Source: Puccinia triticina
Lineage: Eukaryota
Assembly: GCA_026914245.1 (NCBI GenBank)
Contig: CP110439.1
Span: 4,402,001 to 4,466,000 of the forward strand
DNA: 64,000 nt
Direction: 5' to 3'
A program made the position numbers and the translations under genes. Numbering within the stretch: position 1 is the stretch's first letter; every line of letters begins with the position of its first letter. The notes under the pieces are model-generated. The model was not told where the DNA came from, ran no database searches, and saw only the letters and a list, made by a program, of their open reading frames with translations. Shown here piece by piece: positions 1 through 11,195 of the stretch.

Positions 1-769
1 ATACAGTATACATGAGTTTGGCCGATGATGTATGGGTGGTCGTGACTGTTTCCGGGGAAGCTGTTTGAGGATCTGTTGTTGATTTGCGGCCCATCGATGA
101 TGTATGGGTGGTCGTGGCTGTTTCCGGGAAAGCCTACTGGGTTTCCTCGACGCATCGCAATGACTTGAGCAGGAGAGTTGTTCATGTTTTTGGTGTTCTT
201 GAGGTGATTGCTTCTTGAATTGGTGGTTGTTACTCGACAAAGTTTATAATGGCACCGTCTTGACCTCTGGTCAACCCAGATGGGCATGATCCCCGGGCTA
301 TCTCGGGTGAAGAATCAAGCCCATGAGGTCAGATCAGTCGGCCAAGTTGACATCACAAGCCGACCAACCCGTCTAGTGGGGGGGGGGTCAGATGGGTTGG
401 CTCGCCTCCTCGGACAGCAATTACAAGCCGACCGACCCGTCTGGTGGGGGGTCAGATGGGTTGGCTTGACTCCTCAGACAGCCAACCTGTCAAAGCCCAC
501 TGACGACCTTTCAGGTGAGCCGACGCTCATGCCCCGGCCGTCGGGACCGTCGCCTCGATCCATGCGCCAGGCCGACCATGCTTACCAGCGCATCTGCACG
601 GTCGGACTGCCCTTCCCGTCGGGGAGGGCTTTTTGGCGTCAATTTACCCCGGTCGGACAGGTCAGGCTGACCCTTTGGCGTGTCCGACGTCACGCCCGGT
701 CGGCCTGACCATAATCCGACGCCGGGGCAAAAACGACGTCGGCACCGCTCAACAACTGGAGCCGTAGTG
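1..769. mobile_element. Terminal portion of a CACTA/EnSpm (CMC) DNA transposon; other end lies outside the window
   Basis: Sequence ends ...GGAGCCGTAGTG at 769 (reverse complement CACTACGGCTCC), followed by TA. It closely resembles the CACCACGGCTGC TIR plus TA TSD of the complete element at 32364-41448. GC-rich subterminal repeats (CCGAC/GTCGG) at ~330-750. Confidence 0.6.
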
Positions 770-1038
770 TAGAGGAAAACTGAGTAATGTTCATGTCAAG
801 TGACATCCACAAGACACGTTCATTACAGGAGACAAGAGCTCAAGTGGAGGCACAAGCTTGACTCTCAACAGCCAGTAAACCACAAATACAAGGGTTTGAT
901 AGATGACACCAGGGAAGAAAGTTTTGAACTTTCTATAGTGCCAGGGCATGATTTTATACCCAATTAGGTCTCATGTGATTTCAATGTTAACTTGAACTCT
1001 TTCTTCATTTTATTCTCAACAAAAACTGTAGAGAAACT

Positions 1039-1120
1039 CAAGAAACTGCTGCCAGTTGACATGCAATATTACAAAAAAGGCACCTTTGTAATAGTGCATG
1101 TCAACTGGCAGCAGTTTCTT

Positions 1121-1121
<1 letters not shown>
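1039..1121. repeat. Near-perfect inverted repeat (~37-bp arms), followed by a ~30-nt T tract
   Basis: CAAGAAACTGCTGCCAGTTGACATGCAATATTACAAA ... TTTGTAATAGTGCATGTCAACTGGCAGCAGTTTCTTG with one mismatch; poly-T at 1122-1151. Confidence 0.9.
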
Positions 1122-1151
<30 letters not shown>

Positions 1152-1801
1152 CACAGTGAAAGGTGTAACTATAGTTCAAGTTGTTTTGGAATAATATTTC
1201 ACTCAATTCTCTCTCTGCTGAATTTTTGTGTTTGGTTCATCGTGATCACAATTGTGGAATTGAGCTTCAATGCACACAAGTTTTCTCAAGTATTTTCCTA
1301 TTCTTATGCTCAAATATATCCTTAGCCAAGTGACAGGGAATATCTCGCATTGCAGAATTTTTTCATTTGAAACAAACATAACATCACATTATGAAAAATT
1401 CTTGCAAATATAGCAACTTCAGAGGATCAGCCAACTGGCAGATGAATCCTTCCAGCATATTCATGTCATGCCAATTCCCAAATTAAATTGGGCAGAAAGT
1501 GGTTTCAAATCAATTTTGTATTCTTCAATTATCAAGCAGTGTCAAAGCTAGGAAGACCTGTGTGATGTGGAATGGTATTCCCAGCAATATGAAATGTGAA
1601 AATTCCAGAGTTGGTTTTCCTTACCATTTTTGCCAAGGTTGAGCCATAAAATAATTTTCAATTTTGAAGTGTGAATAGTTGTTAATTTGGGAATATGCAC
1701 CTTGCCTAGTAGATGACTACATTTTGTAAAATTTCTTCAGATTTAGCTACAACTGACTGGAAAATGCACAGCCAAGAGGCCAAAGTAAAGCTTTTCAAGG
1801 G

Positions 1802-2309
1802 AAAGGGGGGTATAGCTGTGGATATTGAAAGAAACACCAATATTCCCTTGCTCCTGGAACCAGCTGGACAAATAATTCAACAGCTGGTCTGAGAAATCCA
1901 AGGTGAACGGTCAATTATTGAAGTTTCACACATGTCACACATCCCAGTGTGGGTAAAACCTTTTGTCTTGTAGATTTACCATCTTCACATCTTTTCCCCA
2001 AAAGGTTCCCAAAGATTTTCTCCTATTTGAAGCATTATTTCATCACAGGTGCCTTAAAGGGGGGTATAGCTGTGGATATTGAAAGAAACACCAATATTCC
2101 CTTGCTCCTGGAACCAGCTGGACAAATAATTCAACAGCTGGTCTGAGAAATCCAAGGTGAACGGTCAATTATTGAAGTTTCACACATGTCACACATCCCA
2201 GTGTGGGTAAAACCTTTTGTCTTGTAGATTTACCATCTTCACATCTTTTCCCCAAAAGGTTCCCAAAGATTTTCTCCTATTTGAAGCATTATTTCATCAC
2301 AGGTGCCTT
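1802..2309. repeat. Tandem duplication of a 254-bp unit
   Basis: AAAGGGGGGTATAGC...CACAGGTGCCTT at 1802-2055 and 2056-2309; no differences seen by eye. Confidence 0.9.
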
Positions 2310-3779
2310 TATTTCCATGTGCATGGTTCAAAAGAATAGTGCCAATTGCTCTTATCACATGGTGCTTAAGTAGCACTGGCTTTTAGTTATGAATTCTGCA
2401 CTGTGTACCAGCTGTATACAGACCACTCAAAATCATTGGACTTGGGATACCAGGAGCAGCAAAAATATGTGAGGACTAGCATTAAAAAAACTTGTGTCTG
2501 GGGATTTAAAGGTTGGCGCAAGTGAATTATGGCCGTGTGAGGAAATTTGGATTAGCTCAGCATCCCCGTTTTTCCCCTGGGGGGATTTTTTTACTTTTGT
2601 AATGTCCACACTCATGTTTGGGTAAACATCAGGTTTGACAATGGCCAGCAGCTGGCACCTGTACCCAGACTCAATGAACAGGCAATGCTGTCCATTGCGC
2701 TGGGAAAGTGCTGGCTTTTTGACCACCACATGCTGGCCATCTAGCTGGGCTTTCCTGAGCTCTTTGGAGATTATATGTTGTCTAACAAGCTCAGAAAGGC
2801 CGACGCTATGTCCAGTATCTGATGGTCATTGGGATAGGGCTTCCATGAATCAGGTACCCCTGTCATTTTTCCACTGCAATCTTTTGACCGAGTGTTGTGG
2901 TGGACAAGTGCCATGGACATCAATCCGCTGCCTATACAATCTCAAAACCAATGACCATTAGGTACTGGTAATCACATGGGTGAAACCCTAGCGCAATGAA
3001 CAGCACATACTGATCATCAAGCCAGCATTCTCAAGCTCTGTATCTGGTAGAAACTGGCCACCCAGCTGGCAAAAGCCCAGCTGAATGGCCAGAGTGTACT
3101 GGCCTTTTATTAGCTGGTACTTCCCCAGCTTGATGTACAGTAATTTCTGGTTCATCAAGCTGAGAAAGAGACTCCTTAATTACTAGCATTTACTGGTTGT
3201 TGAGCTTTTCCTTTCACATCCCAGTCACCTGTAATCAATGAAGGATTTCTTCACTCAACGGAGAGTATACACAAGTAGTTGAGATGAGATGCTCTCCGCT
3301 CAATGGACATACAGACCATTGTGGTGCACTATTCTGCACTCATGGTGGCAGGATTCAGTCAAGATGTTTCCAAAAGTTTTCATCTAAACCAGTCATCGCA
3401 TGGAGGGTTTCTTGACTTGGTGGTCATACAACCCAGGAATCAAGTGGAGGGTGTCTCCACTTGATTGCTGGTACAAATTAGTATGTGGAGAATCCCTTTG
3501 TGTACCTACCACTGAGTGGAGAAACTCATACTCATTAGTTGAGTTTAAATTGCCAGATACAACAAGATTTGATACAGATAAGATCAGTATGAGTTGATTA
3601 TAAACATATGATGTGACCCGGCGTCTCTTACGTGACGGAGGGACACAAAGGAAATAGGGGGATATGTTTTAATTTCAATGATAAAAGTATTACAACAGGT
3701 AGAAGAGGAATAAGATGAAAATTTAGGGCCTGTACAATACAAATTCTGTTTTTCTTGCGCAGAGAAAACAATTTTTTTT

Positions 3780-5086
3780 CGGGTTTACTTCGCGCACGGA
3801 GGGAAACTCGTTGCGCACGGGAATTTCCGTTGACTCGACGTCACCTGACGTCGGGCCCCCCTCCGTGCGCGCCACCAGCTCCCCTCAAAAAACTATCCGC
3901 ACACGGGGGTGCCGTGCGGTGACAGGTGGCCGGGGTGAAGCACTCCGGCCATCCGGAGGAAACAATCCCCTTGATGACCGGCACAGACCGGTCATTGAGA
4001 GGGTATATCACATCTCTCTCGATGACCGGCATTCCGGTCATTGAGAGGACAAATCCCCCTCGATGACCGGTACAGACCGGTCATCGGGAGTCTACATCCC
4101 TCTCGATGACCGGTACAGACCGGTCATCGGGAGGCTACATCCCTCTCGATGACCGGTCTGTACCGGTCATCGGGAGGCTACATCCCTCTCGATGACCGGT
4201 ATCAACCGGTCATCGGGAGGCTACATCCCTCTCGATGACCGGTACAGACCGGTCATCGGGAGGCTGCATCCCTCTCGATGACCGGTACAGACCGGTCATC
4301 AAGAGGACAAATCCCCCTCGATGACCGGTACAGACCGGTCATCGGGAGGCTACATCCCTCTCGATGACCGGAATGCCGGTCATTGAGAGAGATGTGTTCT
4401 CTCGATGACCGGAATGCCGGTCATTGAGAGAGATGTGTTCTCTCAATGACCGGAATGCCGGTCATTGAGAGAGGTGTGTCCTCTCGGTGACCGGTCTACT
4501 CCGGTCATCGAGAGGGATGTAGCCTCTCGATGACCGGTCTATGCCGGTCATCGAGAGGGATGTAGCCTCCCGATGACCGGTCTATGCCGGTCATCGAGAG
4601 GGATGTAGCCTCCCGATGACCGGTCTGTACCGGTCATCGAGAGGGATGCAGCCTCCCGATGCTGTACCGGTCATCGAGAGGGATGTAGCCTCCCGATGAC
4701 CGGTCTGTACCGGTCATCGAGAGGGATGTAGCCTCCCGATGACCGGTCTGTACCGGTCATCGAGAGGGATGTAGCCTCCCGATGACCGGTCTGTACCGGT
4801 CATCAAGGGGGATTTGTCCTCTCGATGACCGGAATGCCGGTCATCGAGAGAGATGTGATATACCCTCTCAATGACCGGTCTGTGCCGGTCATCGAGGGGA
4901 TTGTTTCCTCCGGATGGCTGGAGTGCTTCACCCCGGCCACCTGTCACCGCACGGCACCCCCGTGTGCGGATAGTTTTTTGAGGGGAGCTGGTGGCGCGCA
5001 CGGAGGGGGGCCCGACGTCACGTGACGTCGAGTCAACGGAAATTCCCGTGCGCAACGAGTTTCCCTCCGTGCGCGAAGTAAACCCG
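3780..5086. mobile_element. 1.3-kb foldback element with internal palindromic satellite
   Basis: CGGGTTTACTTCGCGCACGG at 3780 is the reverse complement of CCGTGCGCGAAGTAAACCCG ending at 5086. The ORF track shows mirror ORFs (3811+/4714-, 3841-/4825+). Both flanks are T8-9 tracts (possible TSD). Confidence 0.8.
3970..4900. repeat. ~37-bp satellite of GATGACCGG-N5-CCGGTCATC palindromes
   Basis: Tandem units such as CTCTCGATGACCGGTACAGACCGGTCATCGGGAGGCTACATCC; orientation flips near the centre. Confidence 0.9.
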
Positions 5087-6951
5087 TTTTTTTTTGTACT
5101 TTTCTGTTTTTTCAAAAAACTCACATTTGGAAGAACAGATTTCAATAATTTGTACCACAACCATCACTTCAGATTCCACATCTGTACTGCTCCTCCACCA
5201 TCCATCTTGATCATCATAACACCAAGAAAATCTTTGGTACGCTCAAAAATCTGAGTAGGGAAGGGGTAATTGTGGTGCTTTCCCTACTCATGAGCACCTC
5301 GGACAATCATTGGCACCCTGGCAAATCTTCAGACCGGTCCAAGAGGGAGGAGGCCTGCAATCACTCATCCAGTGCGAGAGGAACTCCCTCCTCCTGTTGT
5401 CGAAGGCAATAGGAGGATCAAAATATAATCCCCTTGTCTTTCCTGTTGGATTTATTTAGCTCTATACATATGTCCAAGGGGAGGGAAGGAGGAGGGATTA
5501 AAGGTTTCCTCCTCCTTCCTATGGCAAATATATTTCTTGTTCCTCTAGGAACAATTGAGTTCCTTTTTTTCTCTCAGAACGAACAACTTCTGTTTGGAGA
5601 GAAAGGAGAATTCCTCTCCAAACAATAGTACAGAGCGGTCTGAGTGGGAAGAGGGAGAATACCGGTCCAAGGGAAAAGAGGAGAGATGAAGGACTCTTTT
5701 TTCCTTGGTCCGATTCAATTTTAGCAAACTCCGTTTGTTTTCCTTGGACCAATCCAGTTGTATGCTATATAGATTATCCTGAGGGGAGGGAGGAGTTCTC
5801 CGAGACAACAAGATGATTGATTTCCGGACTGCTCCGGTCTCAGAGTAATGAGGTGATGGAGGGTGATGGGGCAGGAAAAACAGTCTTGAAAAACAGGGTC
5901 AGACCTGTTTTTGAAAATCAACCATATTTGGAGAAAACTGTTTTCTGGATGTCCCAAAAAACAGGCTCTGTGGTACGCGTTTTTTGGGGGAAACTTTTTT
6001 TTGCACAAAAAATTGATTTCTGCGGGAAAAACAGTTTTTTAACCCGCTATGGTACAGGCCCTTAGACTTTTATTAAGTTTTTAATTTTATTTGAGCGCTT
6101 TCAACTTAAAGTTGAGCGTGAATAAGCTAGGAAAAAGTCACTAGCCTCTTCTTCAAAGGAAACTGAAGAAGGTCTGATTCAGGTAAACCTGTAATCAGCC
6201 CTAGTTTTTTAGAATAAAGGAAAATAGTCAATGATTTTTACTGGGAAACCTATGTGGTTTTCAGGTTTTACCACTAAACACGGAGAAAAGAATAATTTAT
6301 CAAGGTTTGATTGGATATTTAATGGGTCAGCCTAAATGCACTCCAAACTTTTACTTCATGCACTCCACATTTTTGGCTTTGGGGGGCCGGCACTCCAAAA
6401 AAGTTGGAGTGCCTTGATTTTGTACTCCCAAAACATGGAGTCCCCAGATGGGCACTCCATGTTTATTGGAGTACACAACTGGGTACTCTAAAATTGACCA
6501 AAATAGGGGAGTGCAGCTAGATGCACTCCAAAAAAAGGGTCAGCCTAAATGCACTCCAAACTTTTACTTCATGCACTCCACATTTTTGGCTTTGGGGGGC
6601 CAGCACTCCAAAAAAGTTGGAGTGCCTTGATTTTGTACTCCCAAAACATGGAGTCCCCAGATGGGCACTCCATGTTTATTGGAGTACACAACTGGGTACT
6701 CTAAAATTGACCAAAATAGGGGAGTGCAGCTAGATGCACTCCAAAAAAAATGGAGTGCAAGCCCAAGCACTCCACCTTTTCAGTGAAGGATTTGGATTTG
6801 TACTCCAGCTGGCAAATACCAAATGGAGTGCATTGGGGTGCACTCCAAGTCTCCTTTTTTTTGGAGTGCCCACAGTAATCGCACCCCTCAATGACCGCTC
6901 TGGACCGGTCATCAAGGGGACTTACACGACCGGTCATCCAGAGGACTCATA

Positions 6952-8935
6952 TAGTACATCAAGCGCGTCTGGGCACATGCCCCAGTCCCGCGCGGCCGAG
7001 CGCCACCGGGGGTTTGGGGGGTGCCCAGGGGGCTTGATCGGGGAGGTTGGGCGGGCCGCGGATCTTGGCACATGCCCAAGTCTTGCCTGGCCGGCCCCAA
7101 GCTCTGGGCCGATGAGATCACCGGCAGCCGTGCCGGCAACTACACCTCAACCACCCACCACACCCACTCAACAACAACACAAGAACAAAAAATCTTTCCA
7201 GGTGAGTAAATTTCTACTACTTAGTGACTGCTGAGTCCATTTTTCTGATTGAGGGTTTTTTTCTTGTTGACCACTTTTTTGTAGATGTCCACCTCCGAGG
7301 AACTGGAGCTCAAGGCAAATCAAGAAAAGGCCAAGGCGCTCGTCAAGGATCTACGGGATGTGAACAAGAAGATTGCTCAACAGGAAGTAATCAAAAAGGC
7401 CAAAGCCAAGATCAATGATAAACGAACCTACGAAAACGATCGACTTGCCCATAAAGAACGAAAACCGAATGCAATGATTAAACCCGAGGTCCGCGAACTC
7501 ATACGCGAGAATGTTATTGGAAGCAGTATGAAGGTGGTTGATGCTGAGAAAACCTTCAAAGTATCGCGACGTCAAATTCAGCGTATCAAAGCTGAAGATC
7601 CAAACCTTGTCAAGACGCAAAAAAAACGCCCCAGCAAGTTCACCGACGAGATGAAGACTGAGATCCTCATGCAGCTTGATCAGCGATCCTCGACTACACT
7701 TCCAGAGCTTGCTAAGTTCCTCAAGGACGAGTTCGACGTCAAAATATTGACTCAGGCAATCAGCAACCTGATCCATGATATGGACATATCATGGAAACAG
7801 GCTACCAACATACCGGCGTCGTGGAATCAGCCCTACCTTACTCAGCAACGGGCTAATTTTGTGAATCGCCGTGGGCTTGATCTTGGGCGGAAGGTCGTGT
7901 ACGTCGATGAGGCTGGATTCGATCTTCACTCGGGTCGATCTCACGGATATGCTCCCTCCGGTAGGTGTTTTCTCTTCCTTTCTTTTTTGGTTTCTTGCTG
8001 ACTTTTGCGTTGAATCAAGGCCAACCTGCTGTCTTGAGTCTTGTACCCAAGGCGAAGCAGGTGACCTTGATAGGTGCCCTGTCGGAGGAGGGTTTCGTCT
8101 ATCACGAACTCCTCAACGCGGACAACACCAAGGCTAAGGGGGTAGGCGCGGATCAGTTCTGCCTCTTCCTTGGGAGCCTTGGTGCTAGGCTTCCTCCCGA
8201 TTCTATAATCATCATCGATAATGCTCCGATCCACCGAGGCGAGCGCTTTGACGAGGTCCGACAATCGCTCAGCACCTCGAAATCGATTCAGATCGAATTC
8301 CTTCCGAAATACTCCCCGTTCCTCAATCCAATCGAGTACAGCTTTCACTCGATTAAAACCTATGTCCGATCAAAAGAGCCGCCCAATCAAACAGCTTTAG
8401 TTACCGAGATCAAGAACGCAATCAACGAAGCAATTACCCCGGAAAAGTCAACCCATTTTTTTTCTCATTGTCGGCGTCTTTACCGCCCATGTTCTGAATA
8501 CCAGGAAATCACTGGGCCCATCTTGGCTGCCCCTTCCTAAAATTAGGTATTCTAATGCTTATTACTATTATTATTATGTATTACACATCGATAAATAAAT
8601 AAAAATAAAAATAAAGATAAAAAATGTATCTAAATAGTAGTAATATACATCTATGTGATATAGCTAGCAATGAATAACCCTAACATGCAAATCTGGAAAG
8701 TGATGACAGTGAGGAAGGGGTGCGATGACCCCTTCACCATGGAATGGTGAGCTTTAGTGTGCGTGGCACCCTCGTTTGGCCTCGGCCAAGCGGGGCTTTG
8801 TGCCGAACCCCGCCAACTTGGCCATGTGCCAAGCGGGGGTTTCGGGTGTGCCACGCGCGCTTTGGGCTCGGCCAAGCGGGCTTGGGCTTTTCACCCCCGA
8901 ACTTGTGCATGTGCCCAGACGGGCTTGATGCACTA
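6952..8935 (+). mobile_element. Autonomous-looking IS630/Tc1-mariner-type transposon (1984 bp)
   Basis: ~29-bp TIR TAGTACATCAAGCGCGTCTGGGCACATGC / GCATGTGCCCAGACGGGCTTGATGCACTA; ATA on both sides (6949-6951, 8936-8938); encloses the transposase gene. Confidence 0.8.
7285..8540 (+). CDS. DDE transposase, IS630/Tc1 superfamily (DD38E), 398 aa, 2 coding exons
   Basis: Exons 7285-7960 and 8020-8540 join in frame across a GT..AG intron (7961-8019). Motifs YVDEAGF, IIIDNAPIH, LPKYSPFLNPIE; HTH-like N-terminus; probable 5'UTR intron 7202-7284. Confidence 0.9.
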
Positions 8936-8939
8936 ATAC

Positions 8940-11195
8940 CTCTTGATGACCCAGGCGGACCGGTCAACAGTCAGTCACACCTCTCAATGACCGGTGTGTA
9001 CCGGCCATCGAGGGGAGGTGCTACTCTCGATGACCGGTCTTTACCGGTCATCGAGGGGACTCCCACCTCTTGATGACCGGCGCGGACCGGTCATCAGTCA
9101 CACCTCCCGATGACCGGTCTTTACTGGTCATCGAGAGGACTCACACCTCTCGATGATTGGTCAGACCGGTCATCGAGGGGACTCACACCTCTCGATAATT
9201 GGTCAGTCCGGTCATCAAGGGTAATAACACCTTTCAATGACCAGTCATCACCGGTCATTGAGGTGAGTCACATCTCTCAATGACCGGTCAGACCGGTCAT
9301 CGAGGGGACTCACACCTCTCGATGACCGGTGATGACTGGTCATTGAGGGGAATAACACCTCCTCTGGATGACCGGTGTGTACCGGCCATCGAGGGGAGGT
9401 GCTACTCTCGATGACCGGTCTTTACCGGTCATCGAGGGGACTCCCACCTCTCAATGACCGGCGCGGACCGGTCATCAGTCACACCTCCCGATGACCAGCA
9501 CAGACCGGTCATCGAGAGGACTCACACCTCTCGATGATTGGTCTGACCGGTCATCCAGAGGACTCACACCTCTCGATGACCGGTCACCACCGGTCATCGA
9601 GAGGACTCACACCTCTCGATGACCGGTCATCACTGGTCATCGAGGTGAGTCACGCGTTGGCAAAACTAGCATCAATAAGTTTGGGCAAACACAGGGTAAA
9701 TCTTTGATTCCCAATGTGGAAGAAAAAAAAATCGGAGGCTCACTAGCAACGCATGCCGAGCTTCACTTTGGGAATGAACCCTCTCGCCGGCCGAGCACGT
9801 CCCCGGTGAATATACTAGAGTACTTAGGACTGAGGTATTCTCAAGTAACATAATAAACTCACCTTGGAAGCAAGCATACTTGTACCTGCTTGCTGGGAAG
9901 AGATCTTACCCAATGAGTGGCTACTCGGTGCTTGCCACAGAGGAACCATCCTGAACCTTCCCACCAAGCAGGTGCTGCAGCGGTTTACGGGATCCTTTCT
10001 CGTCCAGCAGGCAGCAACAAGGAGGAGGAATCCCCTCCTGCCAGGAAGGGTTCTTGCACCCCTCAAGCACGGCTTGTGTAAAGTTCCTGCTTTCCAGTGA
10101 TCAATGTCTTTTTTGTTGAGACAATAGAACCTCCCTGAATTCTCGCCGTTCCGGCCAAAGGGTACGGCAACGTGGCAGATTAATGTGCATTTCATTATTT
10201 GTCAAATATTGTCCCCATTGGTCGCTGATGTACATAAGGATCAGCATCTTCATTATGCATTTGCCGGGACTTATTGCTGCCAGTTTCGCCCACCGGTGAG
10301 TCACATGTCTTGATGACCGGTCAGACCGGTCATCAAGGGTAATAACACCTCTTGATGACCGGTGCGTACCAGTCATCGAGGGGAGGTGCTACTCTTGATG
10401 ACCGGTTGGTCTGACCGGTCATCAAGAGGAGATGTTACTCCCCTCAATGACCGGCACAGACCGGTCATCAAGAGATGTGACTCACCTCGATGACCGGTCA
10501 TCACCGGTCATTGAGTGTTATTACCCTCAATGACCGGTCTGACCGGTCATTGAGTGGTGTGAGCTGGTGTGAGCCCTCTCAATGACCGGTCATCACCGGT
10601 CATCGAGAGGTGTGAGTCCCCTCGATGACCGGTCTGTGCCGGTCACCGAGGGGAGTAGCACCTCCTCTTGATGACCGGTCAGACCAACTGGTCATTGAGA
10701 GTAGCACCTACCCTCGATGACTGGTACACACCGGTCATCCAGAGGAGGTGTTATTCCCCTCGATGACCGGTCTGACCGGTCATTGAGGGATGTGACTCAC
10801 CTCGATGACCGGTGATGACCGGTCATTGAGAGGTGTTATTACCCTCGATGACCGGACTGACCGATCATTGAGAGGTGTGAGCCCTCTCGATGACCGTTCA
10901 TCACCGGTCATCAAGAGGAGGTGTTATTAGCCTCGATGACCGGTGTGAGTCCCCTCGATGACCGGTCTGTGGCGGTCATTGGGAGGTGTGACCGGTCCGC
11001 GCCGGTCATCGAGAGCTGTGAGTCCCCTCGGTGACCGGCACAGACCGGTCATCGAGAGGAGATGTTACTCCCCTCAATGACCGGCAAAGACCAGTCATCA
11101 AGAGGTGTGATTTGCCTCAATGACCGGCGGTCCGGTACAGACCGGTCATTGAGAGGAGATGTTAATCCGCTCAATGCCGGTCTGTACCGGTCATG
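8940..11195. repeat. Two GATGACCGG satellite arrays (~8940-9645 and ~10305-11195) around a unique core
   Basis: Same palindromic unit as 3970-4900 with different linkers. Core ends are inverted (GGCAAAACTAGCATCAATAAGT / ACTTATTGCTGCCAGTTTCGCC). Confidence 0.85.

Larger units (their letters stand above)
3726..6061. mobile_element. Non-autonomous PIF/Harbinger-like element
   Basis: TIR GGGCCTGTAC...GTACAGGCCC; 3-bp TSD TTA (3723-3725, 6062-6064); no transposase ORF. Confidence 0.8.

Noticed and set aside
280..6937. Numerous short ORFs in the track
   Set aside because: They arise from repeats, mirror arms and TE termini, with no protein-like motifs.
6952..8935. CACTA classification because the element ends in CACTA
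   Set aside because: Orientation is reversed (TAGT...CACTA) and the protein is IS630/Tc1-type.
3970..11195. CRISPR array (palindromic repeats near a nuclease-fold gene)
   Set aside because: Linkers are short and repeated rather than unique spacers; there are no cas genes; the context is eukaryotic; the neighbouring gene is a transposase with its own TIRs.
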